This document shows positions 26,764 through 35,533 of a DNA stretch of 39,339 nt, one piece after another; position 1 is the stretch's first letter, and the number at the start of each line of letters is the position of its first letter. Under the pieces are notes generated by a model. The model made no database searches, had not been told where the DNA came from, and saw nothing but the letters and a program-made list of their open reading frames with translations. The DNA comes from a virus (taxonomy: Duplodnaviria; Caudoviricetes). The DNA lies in the IMG/VR virus record IMGVR_UViG_3300030325_000017, positions 1-39,339 of that record; one strand, 5' to 3'. The position numbers and the translations under genes are program-made.

Positions 26764-27267
26764 TTAATCGACTTGATATCCGCGCACGATCACGCGGAAT
26801 TTTCCGGCAGAGGCGGTGCCCGTCACGTCAAGCGCCAGGTATTTTCCGGAGGCCGGGTAGTATTTCGCTTCCCAGTGGTTGGCCACCACGTTCGAACTTT
26901 TCAGATACGCGCCCTTGTAATCGGTACCCCAATAATATAGGCCGGTGGTCTCTAGAGTGCCGGACGCGCTCACGATGAACCCCGATGCGGTATCTGCGTC
27001 ACCAAGGTTGAAAGCGGTAATGCCGGCAACCAGCGTGTCAACCACCACGAACACGTTTTCAATGACTGCGCCGGCGGGGATGGCCCACAGGTTGCCATCC
27101 GAGATCGGCTTAGGAGTGATGTAGTCGCCGCCGGAGTAGCTCGAGGAGCCGCCGTATGCGACATAAATCACGTGCTCGAAAGACTTCTTGCCGATCGGCG
27201 CCGCGGAGGCGGTTAATCCAGAGAATGCGAGAGAGAAAACGAGGAGCAGAGTGGAGAAAAATTTCAT
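26764..27267 (-). CDS. Capsid decoration/cement-like protein with Sec signal peptide
   Basis: Directly after major capsid gene; IPAGAVIENVFVVV...GKFRVIVRGY jelly-roll-like pattern; AAGGA RBS then MKFFSTLLLVFSLAFSGLTASA|A. Confidence 0.72.
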   Translation of the reverse strand: MKFFSTLLLVFSLAFSGLTASAAPIGKKSFEHVIYVAYGGSSSYSGGDYITPKPISDGNLWAIPAGAVIENVFVVVDTLVAGITAFNLGDADTASGFIVSASGTLETTGLYYWGTDYKGAYLKSSNVVANHWEAKYYPASGKYLALDVTGTASAGKFRVIVRGYQVD

Positions 27268-27314
27268 GACGCAAGTCCTTTCAAAAAGTGATGGGTCTGG
27301 AAAGTTTTTTAAAG

Positions 27315-27357
27315 CGAGGCTCGAGGAAGGAGAACCCACAACCCTCCCCGAACCCCG
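27315..27357 (-). terminator. GU-rich hairpin after the capsid gene (terminator/attenuator or mRNA stabiliser)
   Basis: CGGGGTTCGGGGAGGG pairs with CCTTCCTCGAGCCTCG using several G-U pairs, so only on the minus strand; followed by CTTT. Confidence 0.5.
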
Positions 27358-27363
27358 GGTCGG

Positions 27364-28212
27364 TTACCCGACCTTCACAACCCGTTTGCCTGCGGTGTCG
27401 GCTTGTTTGTTGCCGAAAAGCACGGTTTGGTTCACGCGGAAAGCGCGGACTCCGTCTACGCCAAGGTTGAACACCTCGGGCACGGGACTTTCCTGCACGG
27501 CCATCTGCATAAACACGGGATCCCACAGATAGGCGGTATCGCCGATCAGCGTGGTGAACTTCACTCTAAAACCAAGCACAGGGGCCGTGATCGAGCCCTG
27601 CGACAGAGCATTGGCATTCGGCGAGAAGTCCCGCGAAACGAATCCTGCGATGTTGAACAGGTCGTTATACTGCGCCACACCCAGGATCGCCACGCGCTGA
27701 CCGTTGTCGGGCACGTTCTGCGTATCCAGCAGTTCCTTGCCTTCGAGGATATCCGCGAGCGCCAGAGTAGTGCCGCTGTCGAAGCTGATAGTGTGGTCGG
27801 GCGCCGAAGCACTCGGAACAATATCAGCCAATATGATCTGATCCATCTTTTTCATGATGGAGAAGAAGGCATGCTCCCGGAGCTTCTCTTGAGCTTCGAG
27901 CGATTGCTTTGCCGCCTTGCGGGTGATGATGAAGTCCTGCACGACTTCATGGTTCACCACCATCGGGATATTTGCCACGGTGATGGCGTTCGCGTCGTTG
28001 CGCGCGCCCTCGCCCAGATCCACCGCGTCCGGGAATTGGGGAAAGCTGGAGATGTTCACAGTATCGCCAAGCGCAGCGATCTCGCCCTGATAGTCCATGG
28101 CCACGCTTTCGGCCACGATCAGGTTTTCGAACAGCGTGGGATACCATGCTGCCGACCATACTGACGGGACAATCGCGTCGAGTTCCGCTGTGCTTTTGTG
28201 CTGCTGATCCAT
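27364..28212 (-). CDS. Major capsid protein (HK97 fold, P22-coat-like)
   Basis: IVPSVWS, DYQGEIAALGDTVNI, LDTQNVPDNGQR, LGFRV motifs; after scaffold. Confidence 0.88.
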   Translation of the reverse strand: MDQQHKSTAELDAIVPSVWSAAWYPTLFENLIVAESVAMDYQGEIAALGDTVNISSFPQFPDAVDLGEGARNDANAITVANIPMVVNHEVVQDFIITRKAAKQSLEAQEKLREHAFFSIMKKMDQIILADIVPSASAPDHTISFDSGTTLALADILEGKELLDTQNVPDNGQRVAILGVAQYNDLFNIAGFVSRDFSPNANALSQGSITAPVLGFRVKFTTLIGDTAYLWDPVFMQMAVQESPVPEVFNLGVDGVRAFRVNQTVLFGNKQADTAGKRVVKVG

Positions 28213-28229
28213 CTACTTCCTCCGTTGTT

Positions 28230-28883
28230 TTAGGTCTTCTGCGGCTGCATCCTCTCCAGGACTTTTCTGTACGCAGCCGGATCCTTCTGCCTGTTCGTAA
28301 ACGCCTTGTTGAATTCTTCCCTTGATGGCTTGCCCGTAGCGCCCGTCCCGGTTCCGCCGGCGTTAATCACCGGATCGTTCGCGGCCTTGAACCAGTGTGG
28401 CTTGAGCTTCTTTGCCTTCTCAGCCCACTCCTTCGCGCCGCTCACTCGGATCAGGCCGTCGTCGGCCATCTTCACTTCCAGCTCGCTCATGTCCAGGGAG
28501 GAGAGATCCGGCATCGCCTCGGTTCGGATTCCCAGCTTCTGGGCCTCGTCCTTCACCGTCAGGAATCGCATCGTATTGAAGAAGCTCTTCGTCTTCTTCT
28601 CGTTGTCGGTCGCGAGATCCTGCTTTTCCTTCTCCGCCTGCTCGTAGAGGGCCTTGTAGTCCTCTTTCGCCTTGAGCCCGTTCTTCTTGAGGTCGTCAAG
28701 CTGCTTGGAAAACGTCGAGATCTTTCCTTCAAGTTCCTTGTTCTGGCGGCGCTGTGCCTCCAGTTGGCTCTTGAGGGTGGTTACCTCTTCGTTGCCTTCC
28801 GCGTTTGCGTTGGCGTTATTTTGGGAGTTTTGTTCGGTATTCGCGTTTGCGTTCGATTCGGCGTTTGCCTGATTGTTTTCCAT
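28230..28883 (-). CDS. Capsid scaffolding protein
   Basis: Low-complexity N-terminus, coiled coil, KPHWF and GGTG near the C-terminus; before capsid gene. Confidence 0.8.
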   Translation of the reverse strand: MENNQANAESNANANTEQNSQNNANANAEGNEEVTTLKSQLEAQRRQNKELEGKISTFSKQLDDLKKNGLKAKEDYKALYEQAEKEKQDLATDNEKKTKSFFNTMRFLTVKDEAQKLGIRTEAMPDLSSLDMSELEVKMADDGLIRVSGAKEWAEKAKKLKPHWFKAANDPVINAGGTGTGATGKPSREEFNKAFTNRQKDPAAYRKVLERMQPQKT

Positions 28884-28916
28884 GTTGTTGTCTCCTTTGT
28901 TTATCTGTCAAATGCT

Positions 28917-29555
28917 TTACTGGTTTGCGCCCGTCTTTTTTCCAGCGCGCCTTACCGCTTGTCGGATAATCGACAAGATGTCGGCTTTGATGGTTTCGCT
29001 GAAAGATTCGTTTCCTTTGGGGATTATTGGGCGAGGACGTTGCCCATTAGCGCCTTCGCGGTGGCCCTTTTCTTTCTTGGCCTGATCTTCGCTGAAGAAC
29101 CCGATGGAAATCTTCACCCTTTTCCCGACCTTCGTTATGGTTGAATTAAGGCTGGAGAGAAACTTTCCGGACAGCGTGAGATTCACGGGCCGCGGCTTCT
29201 TCTGTGGGAATTTGCTCTGCACAGAAAACGGATATCCAGGGTTTTTCGCAGCCGCTCGTTTCGCGCTCGCGAGTGCCCGTAGCCTGCCCGCGCGGCTACC
29301 GCTCTTCGTCTGCCGGAGAAGATTTCGGGAGAGACGGGCTTCATTGCGCAGCCTGGCGCGAGTGGTAGCGCCTTTGTATTCGGGAAATCGGCCGGCCCCC
29401 AGAATAGGGGATACGCCAGCGCGAATCATCTGCAGCATGCGTTGGCGCACTGTGAAAGCTACTGATCCCGCCACGGCATTATCGACAGCCGCCTCGAGCC
29501 GGTCTACGTAGGCGTTAAGACTGCTCACCAGTTCCTTAAGCGTCCGGGTCGACAT
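28917..29555 (-). CDS. Basic virion morphogenesis-like protein
   Basis: VNLTLSGKFLSSL and PRPIIP motifs resemble the neck/tail-completion family. Confidence 0.55.
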   Translation of the reverse strand: MSTRTLKELVSSLNAYVDRLEAAVDNAVAGSVAFTVRQRMLQMIRAGVSPILGAGRFPEYKGATTRARLRNEARLSRNLLRQTKSGSRAGRLRALASAKRAAAKNPGYPFSVQSKFPQKKPRPVNLTLSGKFLSSLNSTITKVGKRVKISIGFFSEDQAKKEKGHREGANGQRPRPIIPKGNESFSETIKADILSIIRQAVRRAGKKTGANQ

Positions 29556-30012
29556 AGTCCTCCAGTACTCCTCGAAGTCCAGCTATGATTTCCCGCCTAA
29601 ACTGCTGGCCGTTTCGGTGTGGCATGAACTCTCTGGCCTGCTCTGGATGAGGGCTTGAGCGGCCGTAGGTTCCTAGGAGATTACCCTCTGCTTTCGCGGC
29701 CTGGTCGCCACCCACCTCAACCACTACCATTCCGCCCTGCACGCGCGTCTCGAGCGCATCCATCATGGCGCCGGTTAATTCCAGGTTGGCGAAGTCGGCG
29801 CTCGACTCCTCTTCTTTCTTATGTTCGTAGCCATCAGAGAGTTTCTTCTTCCAATTCCCGCCGGCTACCGATGTCTTACCCTCCGCGCTGTAAAGCAGAA
29901 TCTGCTCCTTCACGAAGTTGGCGGCAGCCTCAAGGGCTTCTCGGCGATTCGCCTCAGGAATTTCTAGGCCCGTCTCCGCGATCGGATCAAACTTGTAAAA
30001 AGCCTCATTCAT
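29536..30012 (-). CDS. Acidic virion morphogenesis-like protein
   Basis: ANLELTGAMMDAL and AREFMP motifs, similar to the neighbouring gene. Confidence 0.55.
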   Translation of the reverse strand: MNEAFYKFDPIAETGLEIPEANRREALEAAANFVKEQILLYSAEGKTSVAGGNWKKKLSDGYEHKKEEESSADFANLELTGAMMDALETRVQGGMVVVEVGGDQAAKAEGNLLGTYGRSSPHPEQAREFMPHRNGQQFRREIIAGLRGVLEDYVDPDA

Positions 30013-31688
30013 GCGCCGCTCTGCTGCTGATTCTGCTCGGCCTGGTTTCCGCCATTAGGCATCTGCGCATTACCTTCACCAGACTGCGCCGGATTCGGCT
30101 GCTCCTTTTTAAACAGCACGGCGTACTTCAGGCGATCCGCAACGAGTTTTAGAAGCTTATCTTCAGCCTGCTTGTCCGTAAGGGATGGATCATCGCGTTT
30201 GATTAGCTCAACCAAAGTATCGATGCCAAGGTCTTTCCTTTTCTGCAGTATATCGACGCGTTCGGTTTCGGAGAGCACGACGCCGGCGGCATTGAACTTC
30301 GCATTTATCTTTGTCCCATCGAATTTGTCGAGCTGCTGCAGGGCGGGAATCAAGCGCTCGGTGCTGCGGTAAACCTCAAGCCAAGCAGAGATGATCTGCC
30401 AGAGCTCCATTTCTTTAAGCTGGAAATAGGCCTGGGCGTCCGTCACATCCTCAGTACTCTCTGACTCGTCGATCATCTTGGCTATGCCCGATGCCACGGT
30501 CGCACCATCGAGTTTTCCCTGGATGTTCCTTGGAGAGAGATTGTTGGTGGTCAGGAGCAGCGCCACGTAGGCCTCAAGGAGCTTTATCCAATTCTCGGTG
30601 TGAGGATCTGTGCTCTTGAACTCGAAGCTCGGTGCTATCGCCTGGCCGTCCTGCGTGATAAGTGAAATCACGTTATGCGGTCCAACCTCAAACTCGCCCT
30701 TTAGTTCATTCCCCGTATAAACGGGCTGGCCCCAGCCCTGTTGAGACAGGATGCTTGAGGCGTCGGTGAGTAGCACGTTCACTAGAACAGAGCCGTCGAT
30801 CATGTCGTCGCCGCCTTGGGCCCAGAATTCCCCGTCCTGTTCGGTGGAGATGTTCGGGCCAGGCAGGCGCTTAATGGGATTCAGGAGATCTGCGGGTGAT
30901 ACGCCCTGAATTATCTTCCCCTCGCAATCAGTGGTGAAGTGGTAACGCGCCGTCCACCATACGAAGGCCTGTTTCCCGGCTCCTGAATCGCTCGGGGTGT
31001 CGGCTATGGTCTGATCGGTGCCATCTCCCACTCTATCGCCAGCGGAAGATCCGCCAAAGGCGCTGGCCCCGCGGCTTCCATTCCAGTCGGAATAGGTATT
31101 GCGATAGCCCATGGTGCGCGCGCCGGCGGGGAAGTCAGAGAGAATCAGACAGCGCGGTATCTCGTGATTTTGCGCATCGGGTATCACGTCGTATTGATGG
31201 GGATGCAGCGTGCGAATGGTGAGCGAGTATACCGGCTTCATTCCACCATCCGCCTCGGTTTCACCAACGATGATGGGATGCACGTAAGGGAAGGCGTTCC
31301 GCGAAAGCTGGCGGTATTCGTCAGCCTTTTTCATCGCCACCGTCACGCCCAACAGGTCAGATATCATCTGAATGGTCTTCGTGCCCATCTCGTCGTTCGG
31401 AATGGTGCGATCCACGCCGGCGTTATAAGTACGCGCCTTCTTCTTAACCATCTTCTTTGTGATGGAAAGATTTGATGCCCGCGGCTCCATGAGCTTCAAG
31501 GTTGAATCCTTGAACCCCTGTTTCCGCAAGCTCTGCATCACGTACTTCTTCGTAGCATCACGGAAAATCTCATAGCGCTTCAGCGCCTCGTTTTTTCTGT
31601 CCTGATTTTCCTTACCAAGGATCTCCTCCAGAACCTTTTGGCGGAAACCCTCGTTTAGTACGTCCTCTTCGCGGAAAATGTGAAACAT
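30009..31688 (-). CDS. Portal protein
   Basis: 559 aa directly after terminase; ASGIAK motif; helical. Confidence 0.82.
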   Translation of the reverse strand: MFHIFREEDVLNEGFRQKVLEEILGKENQDRKNEALKRYEIFRDATKKYVMQSLRKQGFKDSTLKLMEPRASNLSITKKMVKKKARTYNAGVDRTIPNDEMGTKTIQMISDLLGVTVAMKKADEYRQLSRNAFPYVHPIIVGETEADGGMKPVYSLTIRTLHPHQYDVIPDAQNHEIPRCLILSDFPAGARTMGYRNTYSDWNGSRGASAFGGSSAGDRVGDGTDQTIADTPSDSGAGKQAFVWWTARYHFTTDCEGKIIQGVSPADLLNPIKRLPGPNISTEQDGEFWAQGGDDMIDGSVLVNVLLTDASSILSQQGWGQPVYTGNELKGEFEVGPHNVISLITQDGQAIAPSFEFKSTDPHTENWIKLLEAYVALLLTTNNLSPRNIQGKLDGATVASGIAKMIDESESTEDVTDAQAYFQLKEMELWQIISAWLEVYRSTERLIPALQQLDKFDGTKINAKFNAAGVVLSETERVDILQKRKDLGIDTLVELIKRDDPSLTDKQAEDKLLKLVADRLKYAVLFKKEQPNPAQSGEGNAQMPNGGNQAEQNQQQSGA

Positions 31689-32950
31689 TAGCGCAGTCTC
31701 CTTCCAAACACCTCGGTGTAGCTTTTAGTCACGGGAAATTCGTAGTCGGCCATGTTCTTGAAGCCATCTACCCAATGCGTCCGAAGGGGATCGCTCTTAT
31801 CAAGATCGTGCGAGCCCTCTTTCGTTTTCACGCGCTCAAAGTCGCGGATGGTTTCGGTGCATGATTCGTGGATTAATACTTTCCCTTTGGCGAAGAGATT
31901 ATTTGCGGCGTTCAGGCAATCGCGCACATTGATCTGCGTTTTATAGCGCTGTTCCGAAAACCCCTCGTCGCGCAGGATTTTAATGTCCGTGATCCCGCCC
32001 TTTGCCGAAGTCTTACGCGCAACACCGGCGGGATCGGGGAATACCACTGTTTCCTGCCAGCCAAATCCTATTTTCTCTTTCAACGCCCGGGCTAAATCGT
32101 AAGTGTCGGCGCCCGCCAGGTTCACCTCCGCAAAGGCACGAAGCGGGATGGGGTCGTCCGGCAAATACTGGTAGCAAGTCGCGGCCATGGGATGGACGTT
32201 GAAATCCACGTGCGCCCATACCGCGCCTTCCCCCGGCCTCCTTACCGCTTCTTTTGTCGTATGCTTTCTTCTGTCGAACTTGTGAATGGCGCGGCGGCCA
32301 GTGGACGGAACCCACAGCCCTTCAATGAACTGCTGCTGGGCTATGTCGTCGTAGCTGTCCTCGAGCATGCCGACGTAGAAATCGGCGGCGAACTTGTTAT
32401 CCCGCGTGTTCGCATTGATGGCGCGTGAGCCCCGCATGGGTTTGTCGATGAACTTGTCATAGGCCCAGTTGAAATCTTCCGGCGTTCCTGATCCGGCTAT
32501 TTGCGGGCGCGGAGCATTCTTTAGACGAACGCGACCGATGGCTGCCTTGAAGGTGTTCCATGTGAGCAGCGTCATCTCGTTTAGCAGCATCCACCCGAGG
32601 TTTGGGCCCTTGATGCTCACGCCGTCGTCTTCACCATGGAAAACGTAAATCTTAGAATTCGTCCATGGGAGCGTTATCACTCCATCGGATCGGTGGTAGC
32701 GATAGAGCACTCCGTTCTTACTGCACAGCTCATCCCAGAGTGGGAGCACGTCGCGCTTGAACATCTTGGTAGTTGGGCACACCAACCCGCCAGGTACGCC
32801 TGGGTTTGCATCCGCTAGCTGCAGTCCCTTAAGGCATAGGCCGTGGGTCTTGCCTGATCCGTATCCGCCGAACATGCCAAGGAACATGTCCCAGGAAGAG
32901 AGGAACTGGCGCTGGCCCGGGAGAAGCTCGCCTCGGATCTTGAGCCTCAT
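31688..32950 (-). CDS. terL: Terminase large subunit
   Basis: Walker A GGYGSGKT, GPNLGWMLLNE Walker B region, GTP motif III, nuclease VDFN, DPAG, HWVDG. Confidence 0.92.
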   Translation of the reverse strand: MRLKIRGELLPGQRQFLSSWDMFLGMFGGYGSGKTHGLCLKGLQLADANPGVPGGLVCPTTKMFKRDVLPLWDELCSKNGVLYRYHRSDGVITLPWTNSKIYVFHGEDDGVSIKGPNLGWMLLNEMTLLTWNTFKAAIGRVRLKNAPRPQIAGSGTPEDFNWAYDKFIDKPMRGSRAINANTRDNKFAADFYVGMLEDSYDDIAQQQFIEGLWVPSTGRRAIHKFDRRKHTTKEAVRRPGEGAVWAHVDFNVHPMAATCYQYLPDDPIPLRAFAEVNLAGADTYDLARALKEKIGFGWQETVVFPDPAGVARKTSAKGGITDIKILRDEGFSEQRYKTQINVRDCLNAANNLFAKGKVLIHESCTETIRDFERVKTKEGSHDLDKSDPLRTHWVDGFKNMADYEFPVTKSYTEVFGRRLR

Positions 32951-33207
32951 GCGTGGCCCCCGCGAATCCGGTCGTAGGCGTATCCTGTGAGATATGTCGT
33001 CATGTAGCCGAGTTCAATGTCGCTGGTATTACGAACATCCAGCCTTGTGGACCTCTCTTCGTCACCTTTTCTGCGGACTAGCAATATCACCACGCAGGCA
33101 TCGAACTGATCTGGGCTATCAAGAAACTCGCGAAGCATCTCGCGTATCTTTGCGTCCCCGGCGCCACGTGGATCGATCACGGCCGTAATCTTTTTCTCGT
33201 CACTCAT
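32947..33207 (-). CDS. Hypothetical protein between terS and terL
   Basis: ATGA overlaps at both ends (MSDEKKIT...). Confidence 0.65.
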   Translation of the reverse strand: MSDEKKITAVIDPRGAGDAKIREMLREFLDSPDQFDACVVILLVRRKGDEERSTRLDVRNTSDIELGYMTTYLTGYAYDRIRGGHA

Positions 33208-33605
33208 TTCTTGACCTCTATGGTCTTCGGCTCCGGTAGCGCCAGCACCTTCTCCCCCGGTATGGCTGGCTCGAGGCCTTCGATCGCGAAGCCCGTTGGC
33301 GTCTGCGTAGGATCCGCGCTGCTGAGCTCGTGGCGGTCCTTGAAGCCCAGAAGATTCTTGGAGAGCCATATCTGCATCACTACATTGCCCTCTTGCGCTT
33401 TCAGCCACATGTGCCGGCGCAGGGACATCTTTCCCGTGGAGCGCATCTTTTGTAGTCGCTCCGCATAATTTCGCGCGAGCGTATCGCTGCTCACCCCAAT
33501 GACGTCGGCTATCTCCTCATTCGTGCAGTGAATTGAAGCGAGCTTGTCCATGGTATCTAGCTGCTCTCCCGTGAGGATGATCTTTGGGCGCCCACGTCTA
33601 GCCAT
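33204..33605 (-). CDS. terS: Terminase small subunit (HTH)
   Basis: GRPK, CTNEEIADVIGVSSDTL HTH, SLRR...A.EGNVVMQIWLSKNLLG. Confidence 0.8.
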   Translation of the reverse strand: MARRGRPKIILTGEQLDTMDKLASIHCTNEEIADVIGVSSDTLARNYAERLQKMRSTGKMSLRRHMWLKAQEGNVVMQIWLSKNLLGFKDRHELSSADPTQTPTGFAIEGLEPAIPGEKVLALPEPKTIEVKK

Positions 33606-34605
33606 TCTCCAGTTCCGCCTTGCGGCCGGCCGTCGCCATGGAGGCCGCGGCCTTGATGTACCTATGAGCTACGTCGTTCATGAAAAGCTTCTCTACGCCG
33701 GCCTTCCCTCCAGATCCAGACAGCATATTTCGCTTCGGGATATTCGCGAACAGCCTGAGTTTGGATCCTAGATCCGCATACTCAGATATGAAGATGGGAT
33801 GTGGAGATGCCTGAACCCAGGATAGAAATGCATCGCTGTCGAAACGGTTACGACTTCCTTCTCCATAGCCAGCGGTGCCTGAATAGGGAGGATCGCAGTA
33901 GATAACCGAGTTTTCCTTGATTTCTACATTGCGGTAGTCGAGATTCGAAAATTTTAGCCGCTGTAGCCGCTGTAGCTGCTGTAGCCGCTGTAGCCGCTGT
34001 AGCCGCTGTAGCTGCTGTAGCTGCTGTAGCTGCTGTAGCTGCTGTAGCTGCTGTAGCTGCTGTAGCTGCTGTAGCTCCCAATCTCTCGGTCGATTCGCCT
34101 TAATTGATCTAACCCTTTGAACCAAGTACATCCGTCTGGCCTTAGAGGTTTTCAATGTCGCCGGCCATGCCGATATTCCTGTGATCCTAGTGAATTCCGA
34201 AGTTATCTCCCCAAAGACAACGGCCTGGTGCCCTAGCTTTTTTACTTTCTGAACCTTGGATCCAAACAGATATGATTTTCCAGAATTCCCGAATGACCAT
34301 ATGTATTTTACGTACGGATCGTGATCTTTCTTAGACTTGAATTCTTCCGGTCCGATCCAGTCCGGCTTAAAGCTTTCAGGGCTATACTTTCCGTTTGCGG
34401 AATCGCGGAATAGGCGAAAGACCATTGGGTCTAACTCGTTATAATGAAATTCCTTGAAGTGGTTGCCTCGGGCCACCGCCATGTAGTGAGTCATGGCCCC
34501 GCCTCCTCCGAATAGATCGTAAAAGTTTTCGGCGCGAGGAAGAAGCCTGCCGATAAGGATGGCAATGCCTGATTTGCTCCCCATGTATGGGAACCCATAA
34601 GTCAT
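33598..34605 (-). CDS. Dam-like N6-adenine DNA methyltransferase with LQ(Q/R) repeat insert
   Basis: PYMGSK, YDLFGGGG (motif I), YCDPPY (motif IV), ISEY. Confidence 0.88.
   Translation of the reverse strand: MTYGFPYMGSKSGIAILIGRLLPRAENFYDLFGGGGAMTHYMAVARGNHFKEFHYNELDPMVFRLFRDSANGKYSPESFKPDWIGPEEFKSKKDHDPYVKYIWSFGNSGKSYLFGSKVQKVKKLGHQAVVFGEITSEFTRITGISAWPATLKTSKARRMYLVQRVRSIKANRPRDWELQQLQQLQQLQQLQQLQQLQQLQRLQRLQRLQQLQRLQRLKFSNLDYRNVEIKENSVIYCDPPYSGTAGYGEGSRNRFDSDAFLSWVQASPHPIFISEYADLGSKLRLFANIPKRNMLSGSGGKAGVEKLFMNDVAHRYIKAAASMATAGRKAELENG
33955..34076 (-). repeat. 9-bp tandem repeat, 13 full units, in frame
   Basis: CTACAGCAG / CTACAGCGG units encoding LQQ x7, LQR x3, LQQ, LQR x2. Confidence 0.95.
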
Positions 34606-35123
34606 TGTCCAAACCTATAGTCGCAGTTTGGACAGACGATTTCGGGAGCGGGTTTTTCCTCCGATGGAGTTTTATCCTCTCCGGGAAGAACGTCCGAAAG
34701 CGGAGGATCAAGATTGAAGTCCTTGATTCCAAGCAGATCCAGGTCGAAGTCGGGGCCGAGATCTCCTAGGTCGGTGTTGATTCCTGAAAGATCGAGCTTC
34801 GCCCAAAGCGCGATGGCGTTGTCGGCCTGGAGGTCGGCGTATTCCTGCTCGTCGCTTTCGTAATCCTGGAAATCCACGGGATAGTGGGTCCACCCCGCAA
34901 GTTCCGCGGCGAGAACGCGGCCGTGTCCCGCGGTGAGCTTGCCTGACTGGTTCGAGATTTTCGCAGGCGTGCGCGCGCCTTGATATTGCAGGATTTTCGC
35001 CAGTCGTTCGATCTGCTCCGGAGGATGTTCATTGCGGTTCTTAGGATGGAAGCGATCTTTGAGCTCAGCAATGGGCCGCAACTCGGAAAATACGCAGCGA
35101 ATCTTGACTACCTCGTCAGTCAT
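34602..35123 (-). CDS. ParB/Srx-like N-terminal domain protein with C-terminal CPxC
   Basis: HPKNRNEH...AGHGRVLAA...ADNAIA; CPNC. Confidence 0.8.
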   Translation of the reverse strand: MTDEVVKIRCVFSELRPIAELKDRFHPKNRNEHPPEQIERLAKILQYQGARTPAKISNQSGKLTAGHGRVLAAELAGWTHYPVDFQDYESDEQEYADLQADNAIALWAKLDLSGINTDLGDLGPDFDLDLLGIKDFNLDPPLSDVLPGEDKTPSEEKPAPEIVCPNCDYRFGQ

Positions 35124-35526
35124 TGGCGCTCCCCTCAGCCTTCGATTCGGGACGATGCATTGAAACGGTTACGGCTGTGGAGAGGGCTTCTTTCTTCTCG
35201 TCCTCGTACCAAGCGGCGGCGTCTTTCTCTCTGCCGCTTTTTCTTTCCATGGCCTTGCGCTCGGCCTCGCTCATCAGTTGGCCGTGCTTATGCTCCAGGG
35301 CGATATGAGCGAATGCGTCCACGCCAACAAAGCAGAGGTTGCGGAGCATTTTAAGATTGAAGCGCGTGCCGAATTTCAGTTCAGCTATCCGCACCTCTCT
35401 AGCCAGGTTCTTCTCAACTAGACTGCGGCGCTCATGGCGCAGGAGGAACTGCACCACTTGAGGGTTTACCTTGAACTTGTCGCGTATCCGGTCCTCAAAG
35501 GCCCGGGAAATTAGCTGTGCGTGCAT
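35116..35526 (-). CDS. Hypothetical protein
   Basis: 136-aa ORF in late arm. Confidence 0.6.
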   Translation of the reverse strand: MHAQLISRAFEDRIRDKFKVNPQVVQFLLRHERRSLVEKNLAREVRIAELKFGTRFNLKMLRNLCFVGVDAFAHIALEHKHGQLMSEAERKAMERKSGREKDAAAWYEDEKKEALSTAVTVSMHRPESKAEGSAND

Positions 35527-35533
35527 AGCCGCC

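Noticed and set aside
33848-34081. ATA-repeat (antifreeze-like) ORF
   Set aside because: Alternative frame of the 9-bp repeat inside the methyltransferase
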